Shown here: positions 45,611 to 56,257 of the stretch, in pieces
How positions within the stretch are numbered: position 1 is the first letter of the stretch
How the letters are laid out: every line of letters begins with the position of its first letter
Source: Pelotomaculum sp.
GTDB taxonomy: Bacteria; Bacillota; Desulfotomaculia; Desulfotomaculales; Pelotomaculaceae
Assembly (NCBI GenBank): GCA_030627625.1
Contig: DAOURR010000003.1
Coordinates: forward strand, 28,669-92,668
Length of the DNA stretch: 64,000 nucleotides
Direction of reading: 5' to 3'
Program-made: the position numbers and the translations under genes
The notes under the pieces: model-generated
The model's input: the letters and a program-made list of their open reading frames with translations, nothing else
Database searches by the model: none
Told to the model about the DNA's origin: nothing

Positions 45611-48600
45611 CTAACTACCTGCAATAATAGTTTCCTCGGGTAATCGGCCTTGTTTCTTCTTCCCGCGTTTTTGAATCCAGTCATCGAATATACTATAAAC
45701 AACCGGCACCAGAATTAAAGTTATAAAAGTGGACACCAGGAGCCCGCCTATAACTACCGTAGCCAGGGGAGCATTAGTCTCTCCTCCTTCACCTAGCCCC
45801 AAAGACATGGGCACCATAGCCAAAATGGTAGTTAAAGCAGTCATTAATATGGGCCGCAGCCTGGTCCCCCCTGCTTCAATAATTGCTTCATTCTTGTCCA
45901 TGCCGGATTCCCGCAACTTTTTAAGGTAATCAATTAATATAATGGCGTTAGATACAACTATACCAGCTAACATTATTATTCCTATAAAAGCGTTTACACT
46001 AAAACTCATTCCCGTTATTAGCAACGCCAGTATTACCCCAATAATGGCAGTAGGCATAGATAACATGATTACAAAAGGATCAGAAAACGATTCATATTGC
46101 ACTACCATTACCACATATACCAGGAGAATCGCCAGCAATAATGCTATTAACAAGCCGGAGAAACTTTCAGCCATGGATTGGCTGTCCCCGCCCAATTTTA
46201 TTTCGTAACCGCTGGGCAAGGGAAGCTGTTTTAATTCCCTTTGTATATCCTCCATGACACTATTCAAATCTCGATTAAAAAGCTCTCCGGTAATAGTTGC
46301 CTGACGCACCTGGTCTGCCCGGCTTATTTGTACAGGCCCCCGAGACAATTCAAAAGTGGTTAATTCTTTTAAATCAACCGGTGTTCCCTGAGAGGTTAGT
46401 ATTTTCAAACCGGCAAGAGACTCCAGGGTCTGGGCCTGGTTATTCTTACTGAATACTCTTACATCTATCTCTTTTCCATCACTGCGGTAAGTGGTAGCAA
46501 CAACTCCATCAATGGCATTCTTGATTTCTGACGTAATTTGGGCCGGAGTAAATCCATAATCCACTGCTCGCTGGCGATTTATTCTTATTTGCACTTCCGG
46601 GTCGCCACTTGTTAACGAAGAAGCAACTTCCCTGGTTCCCGGAACCTGCCGCACAATACTTTCTACCTGGGAGGCTATTTCCTTTAAGGTATCCAAATCA
46701 TTTCCCTGAACAGCTAAGTTTATAGCTCCTCCCGAACCCATACTTCCGAACATGCTGGTGTCTATGCTCACCGTAGTTTTAACACCGGAGATATCAACCA
46801 GGCTATTTCTTATTTCATCTGCAACCTGCTGCACGCTATCCTTTCGCTGGCTTTGGGGCACTAGTTTTAAGGAAATTGCAGCTTCATTTACTGATGAACT
46901 CATGGACATACGTCCGGAACTGCCGATGCTGGTAAAAACTACATCAACATTGGGATTAGCCAGGAGTACATCTTCAATCTGAATAGTCATTTTCTCCATA
47001 TCATCTATTAAAGTTCCCTTATCAGCCTCAACACGGATAGAAATTTGACCGGAATCGGAAGCAGGCATGAATTCGGCTCCAATAAATGGTACTCCTATCA
47101 ATGACAAGACCATTATACCTGTGACACTGAAGACCACTAATCGACGGTGACTAAGTGCCCATTTAATAATTATTTTATATCTTACTCCCAGATTATCCAG
47201 TTGGTTGCCCATCTGGTCTACAGCCTTTATGAAACTGCCTTTGCCTAATTTCTTTTTTCCATAGCTTCATCGGTCAACATCCGGGAAGAAAGAAAAGGTA
47301 CAATAGTTAAAGCTACCAGCAGGGAACATAATATGGCCAAACACAGTGTTAAAGCCATGGGTTTAAATAAGATGCCTGCTATTCCTTCCGTCATACCAAT
47401 AGGTATAAATACTGCCATCAAAGTCAGAGTAGTAGCTAAAACTGCCCCGCCTACTTCAGTAGTACCTTTCAAAGCTGCTTCATAAGGTGATAATCCCAAG
47501 GTGCGGTGACGATAAATATTTTCAAATACTACAATGGAGTCGTCTACCATACGGCCTATGCCTAAAGCCAAACCACCTAAAGTGATGATGTTAAGAGTAC
47601 TGCCGGTATAGAAAAGCAATATAAAGGTAGCTATTATTGACAGAGGTATGGCGGTAAAAACAACCATGGTACTGCGGATATTGCGTAAAAACAACAGTAT
47701 TACGAGCACCGCGAATATTGCTCCTACACCCATGGTTCTGGCCGTAGCGTTTATGGAACTCTGAATATATTCTGATTGGTCCATAACCACTTCTACTTCC
47801 AGATCCACAGCCAGTTCGCTTTTAATTTTCTCTATTTCCTTTTTAACAGCTGTACAGGCATCTACAGTGTTAGCGTCAGTTTCTTTTTGACAGTGTATTC
47901 CTACAGCATATTTTCCTCCCGTACGTGTAATTTGTTTTACATCCTTATAACCTTCACTAATTTCGGCTATATCTTTTAGAAAAATCTTATTCCCGGTTCC
48001 GGTGACAATAGCCACTTCCCCAATATCATCTAAACTCTCAAATTCCTGGAGACTGCGAACAAAGTAGTCTCTTTCACCATAAGAAACGCTGCCACTTGAA
48101 GTGTTATAGTTTTCTGAACGGAGGTAAGATGTTATTTGGCTCAAAGTTAACCCATAATTTTCGGCTTTTACCGGGTCAACTTCCACCTTTACTTCTTTTT
48201 CCCTGCCTCCGGTAATAGTTACTGAAGATACTTCCGGTATTCTCAATAGCTGCGGTTCAATTTCGTCTTCGGCCAACTGTTGAAGATCAGCCAGGGATAG
48301 ATCACTGTCAATAGTAAGCTGTATTACCGGCATCATATTAGGATCCATTTTCACTATCATGGGTTTGCTTACCCCATCAGGCAACCTGCTATCTACCAGG
48401 GCAACTTGATCTCTAATACTAATCATAGCCGAGTCCATATTGGTGCCATAATCGAACATAATAACAACCGTGGAAGATCCGGAACTAGAGGTGGAGTTGA
48501 TCGTGTCTATGCCGCTTACGGAACCTATAACACCTTCCATCATTTTGGTTACTTGCTCTTCAACTTCTTCCGGCCCTGCACCGGTATAAGTAGTTATAAC

Positions 48601-48744
48601 TGCTGCCACCGGTAAATCCATTTGCGGCAGGAGGTCTATAGGCAGCTTGGCCAAGTTTAAAAAGCCTAGAATAATGATGGTGGCTACCAGCACAATCATA
48701 CTGGCAGGCCTGCATACTGCAAATTGTGCTATTTTCTTAATCAT
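45611..48744 (-). pseudogene. RND efflux permease (AcrB/HAE family) split into two ORFs by a 1-nt frameshift in an A6 run
   Basis: ORF 47245..48744 (499 aa) is the N-terminal half and ORF 45611..47212 (533 aa) is the C-terminal half. The downstream frame is open back through ...GKKKLGKGSFIKAVDQMGNQ. The frames meet at T6 47253-47258, and A7 instead of A6 would give a continuous protein of about 1040 aa. Confidence 0.8.
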
Positions 48745-49877
48745 CAGGCAGTTCCTCCATCATCGGTCTTTAAGAGAGTATCCTGGTTGATGAGAGTATT
48801 CCCTTTGGTGACCACCCTTTGATCTTTCTCAAGTCCCTCTACGATTTCTACATATTTGCCGTCAGTTATGCCAATTTCAACCTGGACTTCACAGGCTCTG
48901 CTCTCATCGGTAACTATATAAACAGAACTCCGGCCTTCCTCAGGAATAACGGCAATCAAAGGTATGCCCAGAACATCGTGTTTTTTAAGTGTGGCTATCT
49001 TAATGTCGGCAAACATGCCTGATTTAATCCGGCCTTCCACATTGGGCAGTGTGATGGTCACCGGATAACTATGAGAGCCGGCCCTGGAGATTGTAGCCAC
49101 GTTTTTTACCAGGCCCGTAATTGGGTCAGAGCCAATGGCATTTATTACTACTTCAACATCACTCCCCGGTTCAACAAAACTAATATCTGACTCTCCTACC
49201 ATAATTTCTACTATTAATTCGCCGGTATTATTTACAGCTGCCACCGGGGTTTGCTGACTGGTAACATCTCCAACTGAAACATCTATACGCCCCACTACTC
49301 CATCTATGGGGGAGGTTATTTGGTAGTTTTTCATCTGCTGCTCCAGGGCGGCCAGAGCTGCTTCAACCTGGGCTACACTGGCTTCCACCGTTCCGCTGCG
49401 CAAAGATTCATATTGATCTTGAGCTGCTTCCAACTCCTTATTAGTAGCTACTCCAGCCTCATGCAGTATTTGAATTCGCTCTAAATTGCGCCTGGCAGAT
49501 TCTAGTTGTATTTCACTGGAGGTTTGGGCGGCTTTAGCAGATGCCAGGCCGGCTTGAGCTTGTTTAACAGAAGACTCAATATCACTCCCGTCCAAAGTAA
49601 AAAGCAGTTGACCGGCTTTAACCTGCTGGCCGGGTTCCACATGGACGGCAACTACCCTGCTTGATACTTTTGGTATTATGGAGGTTTCATTGCTACCCTT
49701 CACACGGCCTGAAAAACTGGCATATTTGCTAATATTCATAATTTGCACCTCTGCGGTATCCACCATCAGGGCATTTTCCGTAACTACTGGCGCAGAATTA
49801 CTGCCACAACCTCCTAGAGCTATAACCATTTGTAACATCAATACAATCACTAATACGCTTCGATATAATCCGTTCAT
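48744..49877 (-). CDS. RND efflux periplasmic adaptor (membrane fusion protein, HlyD family)
   Basis: Lipoprotein-like signal (LGGCGS), coiled-coil hairpin and beta-barrel domains. Its stop overlaps the RND start. Confidence 0.9.
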   Translation of the reverse strand: MNGLYRSVLVIVLMLQMVIALGGCGSNSAPVVTENALMVDTAEVQIMNISKYASFSGRVKGSNETSIIPKVSSRVVAVHVEPGQQVKAGQLLFTLDGSDIESSVKQAQAGLASAKAAQTSSEIQLESARRNLERIQILHEAGVATNKELEAAQDQYESLRSGTVEASVAQVEAALAALEQQMKNYQITSPIDGVVGRIDVSVGDVTSQQTPVAAVNNTGELIVEIMVGESDISFVEPGSDVEVVINAIGSDPITGLVKNVATISRAGSHSYPVTITLPNVEGRIKSGMFADIKIATLKKHDVLGIPLIAVIPEEGRSSVYIVTDESRACEVQVEIGITDGKYVEIVEGLEKDQRVVTKGNTLINQDTLLKTDDGGTA

Positions 49878-49892
49878 CCGGGGTACCCCTCC

Positions 49893-49921
49893 TAATTGAC
49901 TTGTTGGCTTGTTAATTGACT
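49893..49921. promoter_or_regulatory. Direct repeat TAATTGACT x2 upstream of the MFP gene (possible operator)
   Basis: Copies at 49893-49901 and 49913-49921 start 20 nt apart, followed by CAATTGAATTG. Confidence 0.3.
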
Positions 49922-50034
49922 CACAATTGAATTGAAAGCAAATATTAATTTAGCTTAAATATCAGTAATGTTTGAGACAGCTGGAATAATATGCTGCAAA
50001 TTCTTAAACCCATAAAGTAGCCCTTTCTTGCCTT

Positions 50035-50634
50035 CTATCCGCCACAACCTTTTTGATTATTCTTATTTTTTCTTATTTCGCTTTCAGGACTGATAGTCCC
50101 GTACATGAACACTTTCCAGAACTCTTTAAGGATCTGGTCCGTATTTAAATCACTGGTGTCAATATTGAACAACGCATCCACACAGGTTTGCATAATGATC
50201 TCAAGCATGTCAAGATCTATATCTGGCCTGATATTTCCACTGACCACTCCCTGCTCCATAAATTGTTTTCTGTGTTGTGAAAGAAATTTTTGCATATCCA
50301 TGACTTTTTTCCATTCATCCGGGAAATGTTTTTTAAGTTCAAAGGCCAGTTGATCGTTATTTGACGGTCCCTCGCTGATAATCGCCGTCATTTTATCCAG
50401 CCAGGTACATTCGGCTGTTAGAATTTTAAGGATTTTTTCTTTTTCCGCCTCAATAAAGCTCGTACAAACAGCGCTGATAATATCGTCTTTTCCAGCAAAG
50501 TACTTGTATATTGTTTTACTGCTGATACTCAGGTCTGAAGTAATATCTCCTATCGTAAATCTCCGGAACCCGTATTTATGGATTTGCTCCACGGCTGATT
50601 GTATAATTCTTTCTCTCATCATGATCACCCCCAT
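50035..50634 (-). CDS. TetR/AcrR-family transcriptional regulator
   Basis: HTH: GFRRFTIGDITSDLSISSKTIYKYFAGKDDII. Located upstream of the efflux genes. The start may be the MM at 50622. Confidence 0.9.
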   Translation of the reverse strand: MGVIMMRERIIQSAVEQIHKYGFRRFTIGDITSDLSISSKTIYKYFAGKDDIISAVCTSFIEAEKEKILKILTAECTWLDKMTAIISEGPSNNDQLAFELKKHFPDEWKKVMDMQKFLSQHRKQFMEQGVVSGNIRPDIDLDMLEIIMQTCVDALFNIDTSDLNTDQILKEFWKVFMYGTISPESEIRKNKNNQKGCGG

Positions 50635-50663
50635 GGAAAATAAATAATTTTCCTTATTTTCCT

Positions 50664-50719
50664 ATACTAGCATTCACACCCATCGTGGTCAAGCTTAAAT
50701 TTGGTACGGGCACCAAATT
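50664..50719 (-). promoter_or_regulatory. Candidate tetR promoter with an adjacent palindrome (possible TetR operator)
   Basis: Minus strand: TTGACC (50692-50687), 17 nt, TAGTAT (50669-50664). A perfect inverted repeat AATTTGGT-N6-ACCAAATT lies at 50698-50719, just upstream of the -35. Confidence 0.45.
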
Positions 50720-50893
50720 ATTGCGTTTATTTAAGGCCTTACATTAACACCTCAACGAAAAGCCTGTCATAAAAGTTTGTTTTGATTTGTTATATTAATT
50801 GAGGGTTATATTGCCCCCGATTCTCGTTTAAGGAGGTGAGCGCCGAGTACGCGGAGAATATAGAATAAAATAACTCAGAATAGGGGTGGTATC

Positions 50894-52174
50894 TTGAAAA
50901 GGAAGCTCGTTATTACGCTTGCGTTCGTGCTGCTGCTGATAACTACGGCATTTTCCGCTTTTGCCGCTGAAAACATTAAGCTGCAGGTGAACGGCGATGT
51001 GGCGCCGTCACCCTCCCTGACACTTGTCGACGACGTTAGCATGATTCCCGTGGACACTTACATCAGCCTTGCCGGCGCTGATGTCAGTTGGACATCTGAC
51101 AGCGACTTCGCTATCACGGAAAATGGGGTTACCTTGAACCTGTCCCTCGGTAAGAAGGAAGCCATGCTGGGAAACAGTCCCCTAGAGCTGCCGGTCGAAC
51201 CATATAAAACGGAGGAAGGCGTGTTTATCCCGCTTCGCGCCGTCAGCAGTTCCTTTGACTTTGAGGTTGGCTGGGATGGAGAACAGCGCCTGGTTACGCT
51301 GACCCGCAACGAAACCAGGGATGGCATGACTGTGTCCGATTTACTGGTAAAGTCTTCGGTGGCGGCCAATGTGTATAATACTTACTCCATGGAAGGCCTC
51401 TTCAATATTGCCATGGACATCACGGCGGACGGGAAAGATATTGAAGATGCCCCGAAAAATATAACCTCCAAACTAATAGGCCAAATGCAGAACGAGCCTT
51501 TTCAGGCCTATATGAAGCAGGCACTCGATATGAGTGTCGAAGAAATCCCGGAAATGATTGTTGAAACGTATTTGACCCAGGAAAAAATATATATCAAGGC
51601 TCCCGGGCAGGATTGGATCGCCCAGGACATGCCGTTCTCCCCGGAATTCTGGAAAGAACAACAGGATATCCAGTCCGACCCCATGAAGGCGGCCGCACAG
51701 ATGAAGGAAATGGGAATCCTGTTGAACTTCGGCAACGATGTGACAGTTAATGGTGAGAATTACTATGTTGTGAACGCCACCATGGATATGGAAAAGTTTA
51801 TGCAGGGTTATCAAAATGTCATTCAGCAGGCGATGGGCATGACGCAGCAGATGGACTCCGAAATGCAGGAAGAAATGCAGCAGCAGATTCTGGAAATATT
51901 TAATAACGCCAGGATGGACTACAGCTACTCGGTCCTGGTCAACAAGAAAACCCTGATCAGCGACATCGTCAATTTCAACATCCGCCTGGAACTCACCATG
52001 GAAAATCCCGAACCGGCAGAGGATCAGGAACAAAATGGCGACACAACGAAAGAGATTAAACTGGACATGAACATGAATGGAAAAATAGCCATCAGCGGCC
52101 TGGACGGTCCCTTTAATGTTCCGGACGTCAGCGCCGCCGGGGAAATGACCACGCAGCCCCAGCAAATCAACTAA
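50894..52174 (+). CDS. Secreted protein: copper-amine-oxidase N-terminal-like domain plus an uncharacterised C-terminal domain
   Basis: Signal peptide (LAFVLLLITTAFSAFA). The CAO-N pattern includes IKLQVNGDV...VDDVSMIPV....LGADVSW.... and GVFIPLRAV...F...V.WD...R.V.L. TTG start. Confidence 0.75.
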   Translation: MKRKLVITLAFVLLLITTAFSAFAAENIKLQVNGDVAPSPSLTLVDDVSMIPVDTYISLAGADVSWTSDSDFAITENGVTLNLSLGKKEAMLGNSPLELPVEPYKTEEGVFIPLRAVSSSFDFEVGWDGEQRLVTLTRNETRDGMTVSDLLVKSSVAANVYNTYSMEGLFNIAMDITADGKDIEDAPKNITSKLIGQMQNEPFQAYMKQALDMSVEEIPEMIVETYLTQEKIYIKAPGQDWIAQDMPFSPEFWKEQQDIQSDPMKAAAQMKEMGILLNFGNDVTVNGENYYVVNATMDMEKFMQGYQNVIQQAMGMTQQMDSEMQEEMQQQILEIFNNARMDYSYSVLVNKKTLISDIVNFNIRLELTMENPEPAEDQEQNGDTTKEIKLDMNMNGKIAISGLDGPFNVPDVSAAGEMTTQPQQIN

Positions 52175-52212
52175 CGGGTAAGTTAGTATAAACGTAAAAT
52201 ATATAATTTTGA

Positions 52213-52250
52213 ATGCCCCTATCCCTTATGGATCAAGGGGCATTTTTTTT
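52213..52250 (+). terminator. Intrinsic terminator
   Basis: ATGCCCCT (52213-52220) pairs with AGGGGCAT (52236-52243), followed by T8. Confidence 0.85.
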
Positions 52251-52420
52251 GGTGGCCTGAATGATCCTTGACATCTTGCAAACTTCCCAATAAAAATTCC
52301 AAAAAATCGTCACCTGTGCAGCTTCTGATATTTAATTATGCTTTTTTGACAGGTGTCTATATTAAAAAAAATAAGGCGCCGCTTGAACGACGTCCATTCT
52401 GGAACAATCAAACTAGTATT

Positions 52421-53569
52421 TTACTCCATGTTGATTTCACTTTGGTTTTGCTTTATTTTTTTATTATTTTCTGCCTGCTGAATAAATACCTGCCTGGGAT
52501 AGGGAATCTCGATGCCTGCCCTGTCCAGCGCGTACTTAAACCTCCTGCGCAACTGCCGCTCGACGTCCCATTGTTCCCCCGGCAGGGTTGGCGCGACTGT
52601 GCGTATATTCACAGATGAGTCGGCCAGTTCGGTAACGCCCTGCACTTTGGGCGCATCGATAACGGCTTCAATTTCTTTAAACGCGGCTTCACCCTCTTGA
52701 GTCAAGACCTCAATTGCCTGGTCAATATCCTCTTCGTAAGCGATGCCTACCGTTACCACAGCCATCATCGGCCCCCTGTTGTAATTGGTTACCATGTTAA
52801 TCTCCCCGTTGGGAATAACATTCAACTGGCCGGTCCACTGCCGGATTTTGCACGTGCGCAGCCCTATTTCCTCCACAGTGCCGACAACCCCTGCAGTTTC
52901 CACAAAATCGCCGACATTAAACTGGTCCTCAAACAAGATAAAGAACCCGCTGATGATATCTCTGACCAGGTTTTGGGCCCCAAAACCCACTGCCAGGCCC
53001 AGGATGCCGGCGCTGGCCAGAATGGCGCTGGTGTTTACATTGAAAATTTGCAGCACCATTATTCCGGCCATAAAAAATACGATATAAGTAATCGCGCTGC
53101 GCAGTAATACCTCCAGTGTCTGCGTCCTCCGGCCGGCTGGATGGTCTTTGCTCTCGTGCTTTTCAAAGGCCTGCTTGACAGCCAGTTGGCCAAAATTGAC
53201 GGCCAGCTTGGCCCCGACCATGATACCTACTATTTTGAGTATGTTGGCGCCAAACGATTTCAAATCGTCAGGTGAAATCATATTGAAGTTATATATATTA
53301 AGTATAATTATGGCTGCGATAAAATACCCTCCGTAGATCAGCAGTGTCTGCAGCAATACGCGCACCGACCGGATTAAGCCGCCGGAAACCGCTCCTTTAC
53401 CTTCCGTCAGGCCGTCTTGTTTGTCGCCGTCCTGGCCGCCCTCCTTCAGTACCCTGTCCAAAAAACGGTGCAGCACCTTGATCAGAATATATGTAACGGC
53501 CAGCACCACCCCGACAAAGGCCAGTTTGCTTAAGAAAGCCTGCATTTGGTCAGGTGTAAACCATTGCAT
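52421..53569 (-). CDS. Mechanosensitive ion channel (MscS family)
   Basis: FNVGDFVETAGVVGTVEEIGLRTCKIRQWTGQLNVIPNGEI is the MscS beta-domain signature, preceded by several TM helices. The start is uncertain (ATG 53569 preferred; the ORF is open to 53716). Confidence 0.85.
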   Translation of the reverse strand: MQWFTPDQMQAFLSKLAFVGVVLAVTYILIKVLHRFLDRVLKEGGQDGDKQDGLTEGKGAVSGGLIRSVRVLLQTLLIYGGYFIAAIIILNIYNFNMISPDDLKSFGANILKIVGIMVGAKLAVNFGQLAVKQAFEKHESKDHPAGRRTQTLEVLLRSAITYIVFFMAGIMVLQIFNVNTSAILASAGILGLAVGFGAQNLVRDIISGFFILFEDQFNVGDFVETAGVVGTVEEIGLRTCKIRQWTGQLNVIPNGEINMVTNYNRGPMMAVVTVGIAYEEDIDQAIEVLTQEGEAAFKEIEAVIDAPKVQGVTELADSSVNIRTVAPTLPGEQWDVERQLRRRFKYALDRAGIEIPYPRQVFIQQAENNKKIKQNQSEINME

Positions 53570-53761
53570 CACCCTGGTCAAAGTTGCCTCCAACTGCTTT
53601 CCAATAATTGTCGTCACCCCGCAATACCTGATGTTGTCGGATATTATAACATAAAAGTGCAGGGTTTCCCATATGCCGGGGGGCGGGCTGACCAACTCAA
53701 ACATGTCTATAAACATGTTTAAAAACTATAAGAGCTGGCGTCACAAACATTATAGCTTAGG

Positions 53762-53801
53762 AAAACAAGGCCCCGGCAATGTCATGCCGGGGCCTTGTTT
53801 T
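53762..53801 (-). terminator. Strong hairpin terminator after helD
   Basis: AAAACAAGGCCCCGGCA (53762-53778) pairs with TGCCGGGGCCTTGTTTT (53785-53801): a 17-bp perfect stem. Confidence 0.85.
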
Positions 53802-53821
53802 GCATAATTTCCAGTCATTAT

Positions 53822-56086
53822 TTATAAGAAAGGGCTTTTTTCTCCCGTATAGTATAAAGTCAGCCGGTGAAGCGCCCTGGTGCAGGCTAAATATAGCAGC
53901 TTCCGGTCAAACTCGCTATAATAATTTTCCCTGGAAGCCCCATGTATAATGACCGCGTCGAATTCCAGGCCCTTCATCATGTAGGCGGGAATAACCATGG
54001 CCCCTTTCCAGGCATCTTTACTGTTTGCGCTGACCAGTTTTATATGCACTGAATTTTTAAGTCCTGCAAATATACTCTTTGCCTCTTCCCAGGTTTTGCC
54101 CACCACAGCGATGGACTCATAGCCCCGCTCAAGGTAATCGGCGATATCATTCTCAACAGCGTGGTCAACCTGCTTCGGGCCTTCCTTGTAAACTACCATC
54201 GGCTCTGCCTCGTGCCTCTCAAAGGAGATAAAGTCCTGCTCGCCTTTAAGCAGCTTTTGATTGAAAGTGTTTATCTCAAATGACGACCTGTAGCTTTTAT
54301 TTAAAGATAGCTTTACCGTCTTCTGCTTGTTGAATATATCAGCAGCAGTGTCATATATCGACATATCCGCGTCTTTTTCGATAGCCTGGTGGATATCACC
54401 CAGCAAGGTAAGCCTGGCCTCCCTGAACAAAAGCCGGAATACCTCGTACTGCATCGGATAATAATCCTGTGCCTCGTCAATGACAACCTGCCTGATTCCT
54501 GAAAACATGTCGGCGCCCTCAAGCTTCAGCTTGAGGTATAAAACCGGCGCGCAGTCCTCAAAATACAAATACCCATTTTCCAGGCATTCCTTTGTCCGCA
54601 ATATTGCCTGTTCAATATCCCCGGGCAGTTCCAGCCCCCCGGCAAGCTTATTAAAAAGCTCCTGCTTGTTAAATAGAAGTTTATAAAGGTCAAGATACTC
54701 CACCACGGTAAACTTTCGAAGCATGCCCAGGAATTTTTTTGATTCCTTTAAGGACAGCAGCCTGCTGAAAGACCTTACCTCCATATCGTGTCCGTCGCTG
54801 TTTTCCACTACTTTTTCAATTCTTTTGAGCCTTATTTTTCGCAGCGGGTAAACTTTTTCCAAGATCTTGTTTTCCAGCCTCTGGAGACGTTTTGCCAGAG
54901 GCATGCCAATTTTATTGTTAAGAATATGACTTTTCAGCTGATGCCTGGTAAAAAGTGTCTTGCCGTCAAAGCAAACATCTTCAAAGGCAATCAGGCGCCT
55001 TTCATACAGTTGTATTAACCTGTCAAGAATTTTAGCAAACTCTCTCGAACCTTTCAGTTCAATGCCCTGCCTTCTAATCTTCTCCTCCTCGCCGCCGCGC
55101 GAAGTAATCAAAGATTCAAACTGCTCGTTCCTGGTCTCCGCTCTCATCCGCCCGTCAATAAGCCCGGCCGCGATCTCATCAAAGGTCGTTCGATCTACGT
55201 TTTCCTCTCCCAGCTCAGGCAGGACACCTGATATATATCTGCTTAAAATAGGGTTGGGAGAAATGATGGTAATGTTGTTGGCGTCCACTTTAGAATTCAT
55301 GCCTTCATAAAGCAGGAAGGCAATGCGGTGCAGGGCAACAGAGGTTTTGCCGCTTCCCGCCACACCCTGCACAATCAGGAGTTCGTTTTCCGTATCCCTG
55401 ATGATCAGGTCCTGCTCTTTTTGAATGGTCTTAACGATGTTTCTCATCTTTGCGGATGAGGTGCGGCTTAACACCTCCTGCAGGATCTCATCGTTAATAT
55501 TTACAGTGCTGTCAAAGAAGTACTTGAGCCTGGAGTTTATTATTTTGTACTGCCTTTTTAACCAGACATCACCTGATATGGTGCATGAGGGAGCATCATA
55601 TGAAGCCCTGCCAACTTCGAAACGGTAGAACAAGCTGGAGATTGGCGCGCGCCAGTCATACACAGCTATTTTGTGTGTTTTGGAATCGTTTACATTACAG
55701 AGGCCAATGTATATCTTTTCCCTCTCTGTAGAACCTTCCTCCGAGAAATCAAACCTGCCGAAATATGGCGTGCCAAGAATTTTGCTGTATTTTTCTATAC
55801 GCTTCAATGTATTTCCGTAATCACAGGCCTGATTATTCACTTCGGCCAGGTACTGGTTGATTTCCGGCAGCCTGTCAAAGTCATTCGAAAAATGAACTGT
55901 ATTTTCCCACATATCTTTTCCCAAAGCAATCAGCCTGGCCTTTTTGCCTGCCAGCGCGGTGGTTTCCAGAGCCAACTCTCTTTTAATAAGGTCAATTGTT
56001 TCCTCCAGATATACCGTTTCTTCCTGGAGCTTTTTTTGATAAATTTCCACCGTATCGACTCCCGATATAATTTTTATAAAAACCAT
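53822..56086 (-). CDS. helD: HelD-like UvrD-family helicase (RNA polymerase recycling ATPase / helicase IV type)
   Basis: Walker A VQGVAGSGKTSVALHRIAFL about 240 aa in, VVIDEAQD, and C-terminal GLEFD.V. The N-terminal coiled-coil-like domain and 754-aa length match HelD. Confidence 0.8.
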   Translation of the reverse strand: MVFIKIISGVDTVEIYQKKLQEETVYLEETIDLIKRELALETTALAGKKARLIALGKDMWENTVHFSNDFDRLPEINQYLAEVNNQACDYGNTLKRIEKYSKILGTPYFGRFDFSEEGSTEREKIYIGLCNVNDSKTHKIAVYDWRAPISSLFYRFEVGRASYDAPSCTISGDVWLKRQYKIINSRLKYFFDSTVNINDEILQEVLSRTSSAKMRNIVKTIQKEQDLIIRDTENELLIVQGVAGSGKTSVALHRIAFLLYEGMNSKVDANNITIISPNPILSRYISGVLPELGEENVDRTTFDEIAAGLIDGRMRAETRNEQFESLITSRGGEEEKIRRQGIELKGSREFAKILDRLIQLYERRLIAFEDVCFDGKTLFTRHQLKSHILNNKIGMPLAKRLQRLENKILEKVYPLRKIRLKRIEKVVENSDGHDMEVRSFSRLLSLKESKKFLGMLRKFTVVEYLDLYKLLFNKQELFNKLAGGLELPGDIEQAILRTKECLENGYLYFEDCAPVLYLKLKLEGADMFSGIRQVVIDEAQDYYPMQYEVFRLLFREARLTLLGDIHQAIEKDADMSIYDTAADIFNKQKTVKLSLNKSYRSSFEINTFNQKLLKGEQDFISFERHEAEPMVVYKEGPKQVDHAVENDIADYLERGYESIAVVGKTWEEAKSIFAGLKNSVHIKLVSANSKDAWKGAMVIPAYMMKGLEFDAVIIHGASRENYYSEFDRKLLYLACTRALHRLTLYYTGEKSPFL

Positions 56087-56116
56087 TTGACACAGCTTAA
56101 AGAGTTATGATAACAT
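56087..56116 (+). promoter_or_regulatory. Candidate plus-strand promoter abutting the helD start codon
   Basis: TTGACA (56087-56092), 18 nt ending in TGA, then TAACAT (56111-56116), an extended -10-like arrangement. Confidence 0.35.
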
Positions 56117-56165
56117 ATTTATGTAAAACTTAATTTAAAATTAGGTTAAGTGTGCCCATCTTTCC

Positions 56166-56194
56166 ATTATACACGAAAAAGGTGTTCAGGTAAA
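56166..56194 (-). promoter_or_regulatory. Candidate helD promoter
   Basis: Minus strand: TTTACC (56194-56189), 17 nt with a TG, TATAAT (56171-56166). Confidence 0.4.
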
Positions 56195-56217
56195 GCTTAA
56201 ATACCTCTTATATTTTC

Positions 56218-56257
56218 AAATTAAGGGTTTCGCGTCTAACCGCGAAACCCTTAATTT
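56218..56257. terminator. Orphan 17-bp perfect hairpin in the divergent intergenic region
   Basis: AAATTAAGGGTTTCGCG (56218-56234), loop TCTAAC, CGCGAAACCCTTAATTT (56241-56257). Both flanks are U-rich. Confidence 0.6.

Noticed and set aside
45502-45702. 66-aa minus-strand ORF
   Set aside because: It overlaps the 3' end of the RND gene in another frame and has no SD.
47245-47262. Interpreting the RND split as programmed recoding or transcriptional slippage
   Set aside because: A6 is short for efficient slippage, no stimulatory structure is evident, and a second homopolymer frameshift (8283-8287) in the same window points to sequencing error or gene decay. I kept it as a finding, but without the recoding claim.
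51473-52165. 230-aa minus-strand ORF
   Set aside because: It is antisense to the secreted-protein gene 50894..52174, which has a signal peptide and a recognisable domain. The composition is His/Leu/Phe-rich nonsense.
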